NCBI GenBank assembly: GCA_003559475.1
Contig: PWLF01000170.1
Coordinates: 1 to 55,846 of the forward strand
Length of the DNA: 55,846 nucleotides
Reading direction: 5' to 3'
DNA from: Bacteroidales bacterium
Lineage (GTDB): Bacteria > Bacteroidota > Bacteroidia > Bacteroidales > UBA7960
Part shown: positions 20,286 through 29,281 of the stretch, piece after piece
Position numbering within the stretch: position 1 is the first letter of the stretch
How the letters are laid out: every line of letters begins with the position of its first letter
Position numbers and translations under genes: made by a program
The notes under the pieces: generated by a model
Told to the model about the DNA's origin: nothing
What the model saw: the letters and a program-made list of their open reading frames with translations, nothing else
The model's database searches: none

Positions 20286-21272
20286 ATGGATAAAAAAAGT
20301 AAGAAAATAATTGGGGTTTTTATCTTTATGTTAACATATAGCCCTTTATACATTTCTTGCCAAGATGCAATTTTTTCTCAATTTTATGCCAACCCACTTT
20401 ATTTAAATCCTGCTATAGCGGGCACGGATGTTTGTCCGAGTTTGCATTCGAATCATAGAAATCATCCTTATCCCGGGTTTGGTCATTTAGCTACATTTAG
20501 TGCTTCTTATCAACGCCCTTGGGAAGCTGTTTCCGGAGGTATTGGTTTTTTGATTACCAGCGAACACTTCGGGCAAAAAATAAGACAACATTTTATAGGA
20601 GGAATATATTCTTATCATACAAAGTTAACAAGAAATTTGAATATGAATTTTGGTGTTAATGCTTCATATCTTAGAAGGGATTTGCATTGGGATAATCTCG
20701 TGTTCCCGGATCAATATGACCCTTTTTCTAATGAACTAATACCCACAAGTGAAACTTTGCCTGAAAAATTATGGATAAATGCTTTAGATGTATCAGCAGG
20801 AGTGTTGTTTTATAATGAAAATTTTTTTGCGGGCTTAGCAACTCACCATCTTACTCAACCTCAAAAAAGTTTTTTTTCTGATAAAAAACTACCAATAAAA
20901 ACTACCTTACATGCAGGTACTAAAATTCCTGTTGAGACATACTACAGAATGAGTCGTCAAAATTTTTATGTTTCACCAAACATAATTTTGCAACATCAGC
21001 ATAACTTTTTTCGTACAAGTTATGGCACATATTTTGAATTTGAACCTATAACTTTTGGAGTATGGTTCAGACAAGATTTTAAAGAACAAAAAACTTTAAT
21101 TTTTTTGTTAGGTTTACATAGAGAGGATTATAAAATAGGATATAGCTTTGATCATTCATTTTCAGGATATTATACAGGTTTGGCAGGAGTTCATGAAATA
21201 AGTGTTTTACTGAAATTTAACTGTGAAAAGTATAAACTTGAAAATAAAATATTGCGATGTCCAAATTTTTAA
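20286..21272 (+). CDS. PorP/SprF-family type IX secretion system membrane protein
   Basis: N-terminal QDAIFSQFYANPLYLNPAIAG is the family hallmark. The size fits a beta-barrel. Confidence 0.85.
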   Translation: MDKKSKKIIGVFIFMLTYSPLYISCQDAIFSQFYANPLYLNPAIAGTDVCPSLHSNHRNHPYPGFGHLATFSASYQRPWEAVSGGIGFLITSEHFGQKIRQHFIGGIYSYHTKLTRNLNMNFGVNASYLRRDLHWDNLVFPDQYDPFSNELIPTSETLPEKLWINALDVSAGVLFYNENFFAGLATHHLTQPQKSFFSDKKLPIKTTLHAGTKIPVETYYRMSRQNFYVSPNIILQHQHNFFRTSYGTYFEFEPITFGVWFRQDFKEQKTLIFLLGLHREDYKIGYSFDHSFSGYYTGLAGVHEISVLLKFNCEKYKLENKILRCPNF

Positions 21273-21307
21273 TTATATTTGTCAAAACTTTTAAAAAATT
21301 ATATGTT

Positions 21308-22786
21308 ATGAAAAGGAATTTATGTAATTCAATTAGAGCAATTCTTTTTATTACAGCAATTGTAATTGTATCAACCTCTTGTGATAGAGAGAGGTCTAGA
21401 ACTACCGGATGGGTTTATAATGACCCAATGTGGGGAGGGTTTGAAAAGTTGCCTTTTATTGAGCATGATATAGGTCCGGGGTTAATTTTTATTGAAGGGG
21501 GTACATTCACCATGGGTAGAACAGAACAAGATGTTATGTTTGATTGGAATAATATCCCAAGGCAAGTAACAGTTACTTCTTTCTATATTGATGAAACAGA
21601 AGTAACAAACTTAGATTATGTTGAGTATCTTTATTGGGTTCAGAGAGTTTTTGGGGAAGCTTATCCGCAAGTATATCTTGATGCATTACCGGATACAATG
21701 TCTTGGAGAGACCCTTTAGCATATAACGAACCTTATGTAAATAATTATCTCAGGCATCCTGCTTTTAGAGATCATCCTGTTGTAGGAGTTAGCTGGGTAC
21801 AAGCATCAACTTATTCTGCATGGAGAACAGATAGGGTAAATGAAATGTTATTAATTCGTGAAGGAATTCTGTATCCTAATGTTGGAGAACAGTATGCAGA
21901 AGACAATTTTAATACTCAAGCTTATCTTGCCGGACAATATGAAGGTGATGTAAGACAGGACCTTAGAGATTTAGACCCTAGAGGTGACGGTTTTAGAAGA
22001 GTTAGGTTAGAGGATGGAATATTGCTTCCTGCTTATAGGTTACCAACAGAAGCTGAATGGGAATTTGCCGCTTTGGGACTTATCGGAAATACAATGCATG
22101 AAAGAATAATTGAAAGAAGATTATATCCTTGGAATGGACATCAAGTTAGATCCAGAGAAGCTGAAACTATGGGTGTTTTTAAAGCAAACTTTAAAAGAAG
22201 TCATGGTGACTATATGGGTGTTGCAGGAGACCTTAATGACGCTGGTGATATAACAGTTCCTGTATTTGCTTATTGGCCAAACGATTATGGCTTGTACAAC
22301 ATGGGAGGAAATGTCTCTGAGTGGGTAAAAGATGTTTATCGTCCTTTAACTGCTGAAGATGTTACTTCTCTTAGACCTTTCCGTGGAAATGTTTTTAAAA
22401 CTCTTAAAACGGACGAAGATGGAAAAACACTTCCAAAAGACAGCTTAGGAAGATTACAATGGAGAAAAGTTGATGATCGTGATGGAACTCCAACGCGTAG
22501 AAATTATCGCAGAGCTGATAATATTAGCTATAGAGATGGTGACTTTGCAACAAGTATTTATTATGATAGAGAAGATAAAGAAGGAGACGAGGGTCTTATG
22601 TATGAATATGGCGTTACAAGTATGCTTAATGATGAAGCAAGAGTTTATAAAGGTGGTTCTTGGAAAGATAGAGCATACTGGATGGTCCCGGGAACACGTC
22701 GCTTCCTTGATCAAAATGAAGCTGCCAGCCACGTTGGATTTAGATGTGCTATGGATAGAGTTGGAGCTCCTATAAGAAGGGATTAA
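21308..22786 (+). CDS. gldJ: Gliding motility / T9SS lipoprotein GldJ (FGE-sulfatase fold)
   Basis: Lipobox (VSTSC), then TTGW.YND...GGF, then GPGLIFIEGGTFTMG...NIPRQVTVTSFYIDETEVTN..Y.EYLYW. It lies immediately upstream of murF, as I recall for Flavobacterium gldJ. The track start at 21257 is an upstream extension. Confidence 0.8.
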   Translation: MKRNLCNSIRAILFITAIVIVSTSCDRERSRTTGWVYNDPMWGGFEKLPFIEHDIGPGLIFIEGGTFTMGRTEQDVMFDWNNIPRQVTVTSFYIDETEVTNLDYVEYLYWVQRVFGEAYPQVYLDALPDTMSWRDPLAYNEPYVNNYLRHPAFRDHPVVGVSWVQASTYSAWRTDRVNEMLLIREGILYPNVGEQYAEDNFNTQAYLAGQYEGDVRQDLRDLDPRGDGFRRVRLEDGILLPAYRLPTEAEWEFAALGLIGNTMHERIIERRLYPWNGHQVRSREAETMGVFKANFKRSHGDYMGVAGDLNDAGDITVPVFAYWPNDYGLYNMGGNVSEWVKDVYRPLTAEDVTSLRPFRGNVFKTLKTDEDGKTLPKDSLGRLQWRKVDDRDGTPTRRNYRRADNISYRDGDFATSIYYDREDKEGDEGLMYEYGVTSMLNDEARVYKGGSWKDRAYWMVPGTRRFLDQNEAASHVGFRCAMDRVGAPIRRD

Positions 22787-22831
22787 AAAATATAAATTAT
22801 ATATTTAAAATTTTTTAATTGCAAAATATTT

Positions 22832-22870
22832 AGTCCCCATTTGTTCAAAACAAATGGGGACTTGCTTTAT
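22832..22870 (+). terminator. Terminator hairpin after gldJ
   Basis: AGTCCCCATTTGTT (22832-22845) pairs with AACAAATGGGGACT (22849-22862), then TGCTTTAT. Confidence 0.65.
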
Positions 22871-22956
22871 AAAGATATATGACCTTTTAAATTAACGATA
22901 ATTGTATATTAATAGGGGAAACTTGATTGTACAATTATAATATCAAATAGTGGTAA

Positions 22957-24273
22957 ATGGATAAAAATGAAAAATTAATTTATAATTTGCTGGTTTCAAA
23001 TTATAAAATATGTATAGATAGTAGACATGCTAAAAAAAATAGCATATTCTTTAGTCTTAAAGGAGAGAACTTTGATGGAAATCATTTTGCAGAGCTAGCT
23101 TTAAAAAATGGATGCGAATATGCAGTAGTTGATAATAATAAATTAAAACCTAATGATAAATTAATCTTTGTTCCGAATGTTCTTCAAGCACTTCAGAATA
23201 TGGCATCTTATCATAGAAGCAAAATATCATCTCCCGTTATTGCTATTACCGGAACTAATGGTAAGACTACAACTAAAGAGTTGGTCTATTCAGTTTTAGC
23301 AAAAAAATATAAGACCTTTTTTACGGAAGGGAATTATAATAATCACATTGGAGTGCCAATAACCATACTGTCTGTTAAAGAAGATGCTGAAATAGTAGTT
23401 GTTGAATTAGGAGCTAATCATAAAGGTGAAATATGGGACTTATGCCATATTGCTAAACCAACTCATGGAATAATTACAAATATTGGGAAAGCTCACCTAG
23501 AAGGATTTGAAGGCGTAGATGGTGTTATTAAAGCAAAAAATGAACTATATAAATATATAAAGAATCAAAATGGGAAGGTGTTTGTTAATAATGATGATGA
23601 CCTTCTAATGGATTTATCAAAAGAAATAAAAAGAATTTCTTATGGCAAATCCGAAAATAGCGACTTTATCGGAGAGGAAGCTGTTGATAAGAATAGCTTG
23701 TTTTTAAAATTACACTTTTATGATAATAACAGAGAAAATAAAACTTTAATTGAAACCAACCTTTTTGGTCAATATAATTTCTATAATGTAATGGCTGCAG
23801 TTTCTGTAGGATCATATTTTGGAGTGGATAAAGCAGATATAAAAAATGCTATTGAAAATTATATGCCAAAAAATAACCGATCACAAGTTATTGATTCAGA
23901 TAATAATATGATTATTATGGATGCGTATAATGCAAATCCGTCAAGTATGGTTTTAGCAATTGATAATTTTGTAAATAGGAGTTTTAGCAATAAAGTGGTT
24001 ATTCTTGGAGATATGCTGGAACTTGGAGATGAAACACAAAAAGAACATGAGAGAATCTATAATTTGGTCAAACCCCAAAACTTTGATAAAATAATATTTG
24101 TAGGCAAAGCTTTTAAAGATGTTGTGTGCAACAATGAACAAGGTGATGTTTTATCATTTGATTATGTTAATGAAGTTATTGAATGGCTTAAAAACAAACC
24201 TATAATGAAATCAGCGGTGTTATTGAAAGCTTCAAGAGGAATTAAGTTAGAAAAACTATTGGAGTATTTGTAA
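22957..24273 (+). CDS. murF: UDP-N-acetylmuramoyl-tripeptide--D-alanyl-D-alanine ligase
   Basis: ITGTNGKTTTKE P-loop, Mur ligase middle and C-terminal blocks (DAYNANP, LGDMLELG). Confidence 0.9.
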   Translation: MDKNEKLIYNLLVSNYKICIDSRHAKKNSIFFSLKGENFDGNHFAELALKNGCEYAVVDNNKLKPNDKLIFVPNVLQALQNMASYHRSKISSPVIAITGTNGKTTTKELVYSVLAKKYKTFFTEGNYNNHIGVPITILSVKEDAEIVVVELGANHKGEIWDLCHIAKPTHGIITNIGKAHLEGFEGVDGVIKAKNELYKYIKNQNGKVFVNNDDDLLMDLSKEIKRISYGKSENSDFIGEEAVDKNSLFLKLHFYDNNRENKTLIETNLFGQYNFYNVMAAVSVGSYFGVDKADIKNAIENYMPKNNRSQVIDSDNNMIIMDAYNANPSSMVLAIDNFVNRSFSNKVVILGDMLELGDETQKEHERIYNLVKPQNFDKIIFVGKAFKDVVCNNEQGDVLSFDYVNEVIEWLKNKPIMKSAVLLKASRGIKLEKLLEYL

Positions 24274-24297
24274 AAACACATACTAATAATATTACAA

Positions 24298-25395
24298 ATG
24301 AACTATAGAGTTATTGGAATAATGTCAGGAACGTCCCATGATGGATTGGATATTGCGTATTGCGAGTTTGAAAAAAATAGTAGTTCCTTAAAATATAAGA
24401 TGCTAAGTACCCAAACTTTCACTTATCCTGAAGAATGGCTGATTAAACTTAAAGAAGCACCGAAAATGTCTTCGGAAAAACTTATTAAAAATCATTTTGA
24501 ATATGGTCATTTTATTGGGCAAAAAGTATTGGATTTTTTAAAAAATAATAATCTTGAGAAGCCGGATATTATCGCAAGTCATGGGCATACAGTTTTTCAT
24601 CAACCTGAAAATGGCTTTACTTTTCAATTAGGCTGTGGTTCAGCTATTGCTGCTCAAACAAGAACAGTAGTTGTGTCTGATTTTAGGGCTATGAATATTG
24701 CTTTTGGAGGGCAGGGCGCACCGTTAGTGCCGATTGGAGATGAACTTCTTTTTCCGGAGTATCATTTTTGTCTCAATATTGGAGGCTTTATTAACATATC
24801 TTATAAAAATAAAGGGAAAAGAGTAGCTTTTGATGTATGCCCTGCTAATTTTTTAATTAACCATATATCACAAATAAAGCAAAAAGAAATATGTGAGATT
24901 TTAAATGTTAAAAAAGCAGATTTTGATATTGATGGAACTGTTGGAAGGCATGGAAAGGTCTGCGAATCATTGCTTAATGACCTAAACAACATAGAATATT
25001 ATAATAAGAGTTATCCTAAATCTATAGGAGCTGAATGGTTTAATAATATTATTATCCCTATAATTGAAAAATATAAACTCTTGTCAGCAAAAGATATTCT
25101 CAGAACTGTTTATGAGCATATTACGTTTCAACTTAGTAAAGTTGTAAATGATAGTGGCGTGCAAGGTAAAATGCTTATAACAGGAGGAGGAGCAAAAAAT
25201 TTGTTTTTGATGGAATTGCTTAGGAGTCAAACAAACTTAAACATTCAAATACCTAATAATAAAATAGTTGATTATAAAGAGGCTTTGGTCTTTGCTTTAT
25301 TAGGTTTGTTGCGTGTGAACAATGAAAAGAACACATATAAATCAGCTTCCGGAGGAATTGATTGTTCAGGAGTTATTATTTCTAATGGAACTTAA
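24298..25395 (+). CDS. anmK: Anhydro-N-acetylmuramic acid kinase
   Basis: GIMSGTS.DG.D...C.F start, HGHTVFH, GGQGAPLVP and GGGAKN blocks. Confidence 0.9.
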   Translation: MNYRVIGIMSGTSHDGLDIAYCEFEKNSSSLKYKMLSTQTFTYPEEWLIKLKEAPKMSSEKLIKNHFEYGHFIGQKVLDFLKNNNLEKPDIIASHGHTVFHQPENGFTFQLGCGSAIAAQTRTVVVSDFRAMNIAFGGQGAPLVPIGDELLFPEYHFCLNIGGFINISYKNKGKRVAFDVCPANFLINHISQIKQKEICEILNVKKADFDIDGTVGRHGKVCESLLNDLNNIEYYNKSYPKSIGAEWFNNIIIPIIEKYKLLSAKDILRTVYEHITFQLSKVVNDSGVQGKMLITGGGAKNLFLMELLRSQTNLNIQIPNNKIVDYKEALVFALLGLLRVNNEKNTYKSASGGIDCSGVIISNGT

Positions 25396-25397
25396 AA

Positions 25398-26015
25398 CTA
25401 TTTGTTTGCTTTACATAAAGAGATTTTTGGGATTATAAAATCACTGAGTTCTTTAACAAGGGTTTCTATAGAATATTCTTCTGTATTAATTTCAATATCA
25501 GGATTTTCAGGAACTTCATAAGGGGAGTCTATTCCGGTAAAATTTTTTATAAAACCTTTTCTAGCTTTTTCGTATATGCCTTTTTTGTCTCTGGATTCAC
25601 AAGTTTCAAATGATGAATTAACATAAACTTCAATAAAATCATCAGAGCCTATTATATCTTTAGCCAATTGACGAATTTTTTTTGTAGGGCTTATAAAGCT
25701 ACTTATAACTACTATCCCGGCGTTTAAAAACATTTTCGAAATTTCTGCTGCCCTGCGAATATTTTCTTCGCGTCCTTCTAATGAATAATCTAAATCTTTG
25801 TTTAAATTTTTTCTTAAAAAATCTCCATCAAATAATTGTGTGAAAAAACCCATTTCTTGCAATTTTTTATCAAGATTTTTTGCAATCGTTGTTTTCCCTG
25901 AACTTGATAAGCCGGTCATCCAAATAACTTTAGACTTTTGGTTGAAAAACGCTTCTTTCTTCTTTCTTTTGTTTATGTCATCGTTTCTTAATGACTTAAT
26001 TGAACAATTACCCAT
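25398..26015 (-). CDS. cysC: Adenylyl-sulfate (APS) kinase
   Basis: VIWMTGLSSSGKTTIA P-loop, LDGD.LR..L..DL.(F/Y)S...R.ENIRR, and ISP in FISPTKK. Confidence 0.9.
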   Translation of the reverse strand: MGNCSIKSLRNDDINKRKKKEAFFNQKSKVIWMTGLSSSGKTTIAKNLDKKLQEMGFFTQLFDGDFLRKNLNKDLDYSLEGREENIRRAAEISKMFLNAGIVVISSFISPTKKIRQLAKDIIGSDDFIEVYVNSSFETCESRDKKGIYEKARKGFIKNFTGIDSPYEVPENPDIEINTEEYSIETLVKELSDFIIPKISLCKANK

Positions 26016-26147
26016 AGTTTTTAGTTATTTAACTTTATAAGAGTTGATAGTTTTAATAATAAACAAAAGTAGTAAAATTTAGTGTTTATTGTTATTTTAA
26101 ATAAATCCCATGTAATTTTATCATAAAAAAAATTGAAAATTTATTAT

Positions 26148-26155
26148 TACTTTTG
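26148..26155 (+). promoter_or_regulatory. Candidate -7 box (TACTTTTG) for the 26236-35726 gene run
   Basis: Exact TAnnTTTG match about 80 nt upstream of the first ATG on this strand. Confidence 0.35.
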
Positions 26156-26235
26156 TCATCTTAACCTACGCAAAATTTATTAAGTTAAATCATCATTTAT
26201 TTAACAACTAAATAGAGTTTTAATTATAATTTATT

Positions 26236-26370
26236 ATGAAAGAAAAAGACTTATATGTCGATTTTAAACCACAACAAGCTGTTTATTATGTTGAAAAAGA
26301 TGATAGTAGTTTTGGTATGGTTGTTAGTGGCTCTCAATTATCTCATGATTATTTAGATGATTATTATTAG
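26236..26370 (+). CDS. Small ORF (44 aa) with acidic, tyrosine-rich C-terminus. It is either a separate peptide gene or the 5' part of a TAG-interrupted gene continuing into 26443-26715.
   Basis: My translation is MKEKDLYVDFKPQQAVYYVEKDDSSFGMVVSGSQLSHDYLDDYY, then TAG at 26368-26370. It is below the ORF-track length cutoff. It is in the same frame as the next ORF, and the 72 nt between them contain no other stop. Confidence 0.35.
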   Translation: MKEKDLYVDFKPQQAVYYVEKDDSSFGMVVSGSQLSHDYLDDYY

Positions 26371-26442
26371 AAGAAAAGGAATCTTGAAGCTAATCTAAGA
26401 GAAAAAATAGTTAATAATGAAATTAGTCCCGTCTATTATTAT

Positions 26443-26715
26443 ATGACACTGCAAGAAATGGGAGTTGGCGATTTAGCATCTAGAGTTGGGATAAGCAAAA
26501 GGAAATTAAAAAAACATTTTAAACCGGAATATTTTCAAAAGTTATCTTTAAAAGTATTAAAAAAGTATTCGATAATATTTGATATTCCTGTTGTTTCAAT
26601 GTTACAGTTAATGATAATAAAACAAGAAGATAAAGATAAAATAAGTGTTGAGTATTTGAAAAGTGATAATGAAAGTTTTATAATAACAAAAATCGGATTA
26701 AAAAATAATGGATAA
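26443..26715 (+). CDS. Small helix-turn-helix (XRE-like) protein
   Basis: DLASRVGISKRKLKKHF......SLKVLKKYS.IFDIPV resembles an HTH_3-type layout. The stop overlaps the next start (ATGGATAA). Confidence 0.5.
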   Translation: MTLQEMGVGDLASRVGISKRKLKKHFKPEYFQKLSLKVLKKYSIIFDIPVVSMLQLMIIKQEDKDKISVEYLKSDNESFIITKIGLKNNG

Positions 26716-27712
26716 GGTAATAGATTTCGAGCACAATATGGCTGCTCATTGTGAAACAGGTACGCTTACTGCATTACTAAGATATAAGGGCTTTGATATA
26801 ACTGAACCTTTAATTTTCGGTATAGCTAATGGAATCTTTTTTGGTTATCTTGAATCATCAAATTTTCCTTTCCCAATGTTTATTGTTAGAAGTCGCCCAG
26901 GGCAAGTAAGAGAAAATATTTCCCGGCGATTGAATATTAAAATTAATAAGTATAGATTTAGCAATAAAGAAAAAGGAGAAGCAAAACTTGATGAACTAAT
27001 AGGCAAAGGAATACCAACAGCTGCACAAGTTGATTTTTTTTATATGACTTATATGCCGGATTGGCAAAGAGTTCATATAAATGTTCATTTTATTAATATA
27101 ATTGGTAAGCAAGACGGAAAATATATTGTCAGTGATAGCTATTTCCCGAAAAAGAGTGAATTGGATAGCGAAACTATGCGTAAAGCTCGTTGGGCAGGAG
27201 GACACATGTCTCCAAAAGGATTTATATATCATCCGGCAGAAATACCTGAAAATATTGACTTAAAAAAACCTATAGTAAAAGGAATAAAAAGAGCTTGCAG
27301 AAATATGATCGGATTGCCGGTGCCTTTTATTGGAGTTAAAGGGATATATAAATTTGCTAACAAAGTTAAAGAATGGCCTTCTTTGGCAAGAGATACAGAG
27401 CACTTATCTCATGAAATAATGAAAATTAATATTTTATTGGAAGACCAAGGAACAGGTGGAGCAGGATTTAGATTTATGTATGCAACTTTTTTACAACAAG
27501 CTGCGGAAATATTAAATAATAAAGACCTTGACGACATGTCAAAAAGTATGATGGAAAATGGCGATAAATGGAGAGAAATCTCATATTTTGCAGCAAAAAT
27601 TGGTAAAAATCGAGACTTAGGCAAAGATAGACTTGAAGAACTTAGCTGCCTCATTAAAAATAGAGGTGATTATGAAAAAAAAATTTTTAGTGAATTAAAA
27701 AAAATGGTTTAA
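26708..27712 (+). CDS. BtrH_N / DUF4872-type protein (papain-like fold; ACP-dependent acyltransferase or peptidase family)
   Basis: N-terminal F.HNMAAHCETGTLTALLRYKG......LIFG...G.FF.Y is the BtrH N-terminal pattern with the candidate nucleophile Cys. The length of about 330 aa fits the two-domain form. Confidence 0.7.
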   Translation: MDKVIDFEHNMAAHCETGTLTALLRYKGFDITEPLIFGIANGIFFGYLESSNFPFPMFIVRSRPGQVRENISRRLNIKINKYRFSNKEKGEAKLDELIGKGIPTAAQVDFFYMTYMPDWQRVHINVHFINIIGKQDGKYIVSDSYFPKKSELDSETMRKARWAGGHMSPKGFIYHPAEIPENIDLKKPIVKGIKRACRNMIGLPVPFIGVKGIYKFANKVKEWPSLARDTEHLSHEIMKINILLEDQGTGGAGFRFMYATFLQQAAEILNNKDLDDMSKSMMENGDKWREISYFAAKIGKNRDLGKDRLEELSCLIKNRGDYEKKIFSELKKMV

Positions 27713-27752
27713 ATTTGCTTATATTTTCAAAATTTAATACAAGTTTTACAAT

Positions 27753-28043
27753 ATGACAGTAGATGAAAGAAAACAATTAACTCATGAAATAAAACACCTC
27801 ATTATTGAAAAATTAAAAATTACGCATGTTACAGCAGATGAGGTTGATGATGATACACCACTATTTGGAAAAGATAATCCTATGGGGCTAGACTCTATAG
27901 ATGCTATTGAAATAGTCTTAGCATTAAAAGAGAAGTATGACGTAAGACTAGCAGACCAAAATCTTGCAAGAGAAATATTAACTTCCGTTAACTCTATTGC
28001 TGAGTTTCTTGAAAAAGAATTTAATGAAAGAAAAAAATCGTAA
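27753..28043 (+). CDS. Stand-alone acyl/peptidyl carrier protein
   Basis: GLDSIDAIEIVLALKEKYDV holds the DSxD/L phosphopantetheine attachment motif. Size is 96 aa. Confidence 0.85.
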   Translation: MTVDERKQLTHEIKHLIIEKLKITHVTADEVDDDTPLFGKDNPMGLDSIDAIEIVLALKEKYDVRLADQNLAREILTSVNSIAEFLEKEFNERKKS

Positions 28044-28079
28044 TTCAATATATATCCCCCGATTATAGACCTGTTGCGG

Positions 28080-28125
28080 GTTTACTAATATTAAAATGAA
28101 TGGTAATATTAGTAAACTGTTTTTA
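28080..28125 (+). terminator. AT-rich perfect 14-bp hairpin plus T-tract after the carrier-protein gene (terminator or attenuator)
   Basis: GTTTACTAATATTA (28080-28093) pairs with TAATATTAGTAAAC (28104-28117) across a 10-nt loop, then TGTTTTT. Confidence 0.45.
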
Positions 28126-28196
28126 AATATTTTTTTCTAAATAGTTTGTTAGATTAAAGTTTTTTATAAATCAGTTGTTAAATATATCGCATTTAA

Positions 28197-29267
28197 ATGA
28201 ATCACTCGTATTTGCTTATTGGTACTTCTTTTACTAAGTTAATTTCTATTATTGTTAGAAATGGCGGAATATCAATAAATAATATAAACAGGCTTTTATT
28301 TTTGTTTCAAGGAAGTATTTGGTCATCAATTTTTTCTATGATAGAAAAAATCAAATTTGCTAAAAAACTCAAATACTGTTCAGAAGTTATCAATCCAATA
28401 ATAATTGTTGGGCACTGGCGTACGGGTTCTACCTTTTTGCATCAAATCTTATCATTAGATAAACAGTTTGTAACTCCTAGAGTTGTTCAGGTTTCTGTGC
28501 CGGGAAGTTTGCTCGTTTCTGAACCGTATTTCAGGTCTGTAATGAACAGAGTAATGTCAAAGAAAAGACCTATGGATAATGTTGCTCTTGGTCCTGACGA
28601 ACCCCAAGAGGATGAGTATGCACTTTTGAAAATTGCGAAAAACACCCCGCTAGAAAAATTAGTTTTTAAATCGAAAAAAGAAAATTTTTCTGAGGTTTTA
28701 TTGGATATGAATAAAGATTCTTTAAGTAGTAAGCAGTCAGAAAAATTAAAAGTTTTTTTAAAGAAAATATATTATAAAAACCCAGGTATAGTATTGCTGA
28801 AAAATCCATTTCATTCATACCGAATTGAGGAGTTAAAAAAAACGTTTCCTAAAGCTCGATTTATTCATATATATCGTGATCCGGTTAATGTTATCCCTTC
28901 AACTGTAAAAATGTTTAACATTATTGGGAAACAAAACCGGCTTAAAGGCAAATGGGTTAATGAAAATTTATATACTATTACGAAATCTTTTAATCATCTT
29001 TGGAAGTGTCTGAAAAATCAACTCTATTGCTTGTCAAAGAATGATTATATTGAAATTAAATATGAGGAACTTGATAGTGACCCTCAAAAGATAATAAAAA
29101 CAATATATAATCATTTTAATTTAGAATATACTTCTGATTTTGATTCAAAAGTTCAAAACTTTTTATTTAATGTCAAAAATTATAAAAAAAATAAGTTTAG
29201 TTTATCTGCTGAAGAAAAAGATCATATAAAGAAATCATGTAAGGATTTTTTAAACCATTATTATTAG
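28197..29267 (+). CDS. PAPS-dependent sulfotransferase (Sulfotransfer_3-like)
   Basis: 5'-PSB loop IIVGHWRTGSTFLHQIL and 3'-PB-like IHIYRDPVNVIPS. Confidence 0.75.
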   Translation: MNHSYLLIGTSFTKLISIIVRNGGISINNINRLLFLFQGSIWSSIFSMIEKIKFAKKLKYCSEVINPIIIVGHWRTGSTFLHQILSLDKQFVTPRVVQVSVPGSLLVSEPYFRSVMNRVMSKKRPMDNVALGPDEPQEDEYALLKIAKNTPLEKLVFKSKKENFSEVLLDMNKDSLSSKQSEKLKVFLKKIYYKNPGIVLLKNPFHSYRIEELKKTFPKARFIHIYRDPVNVIPSTVKMFNIIGKQNRLKGKWVNENLYTITKSFNHLWKCLKNQLYCLSKNDYIEIKYEELDSDPQKIIKTIYNHFNLEYTSDFDSKVQNFLFNVKNYKKNKFSLSAEEKDHIKKSCKDFLNHYY

Positions 29268-29281
29268 TTAAATTTATAAAA

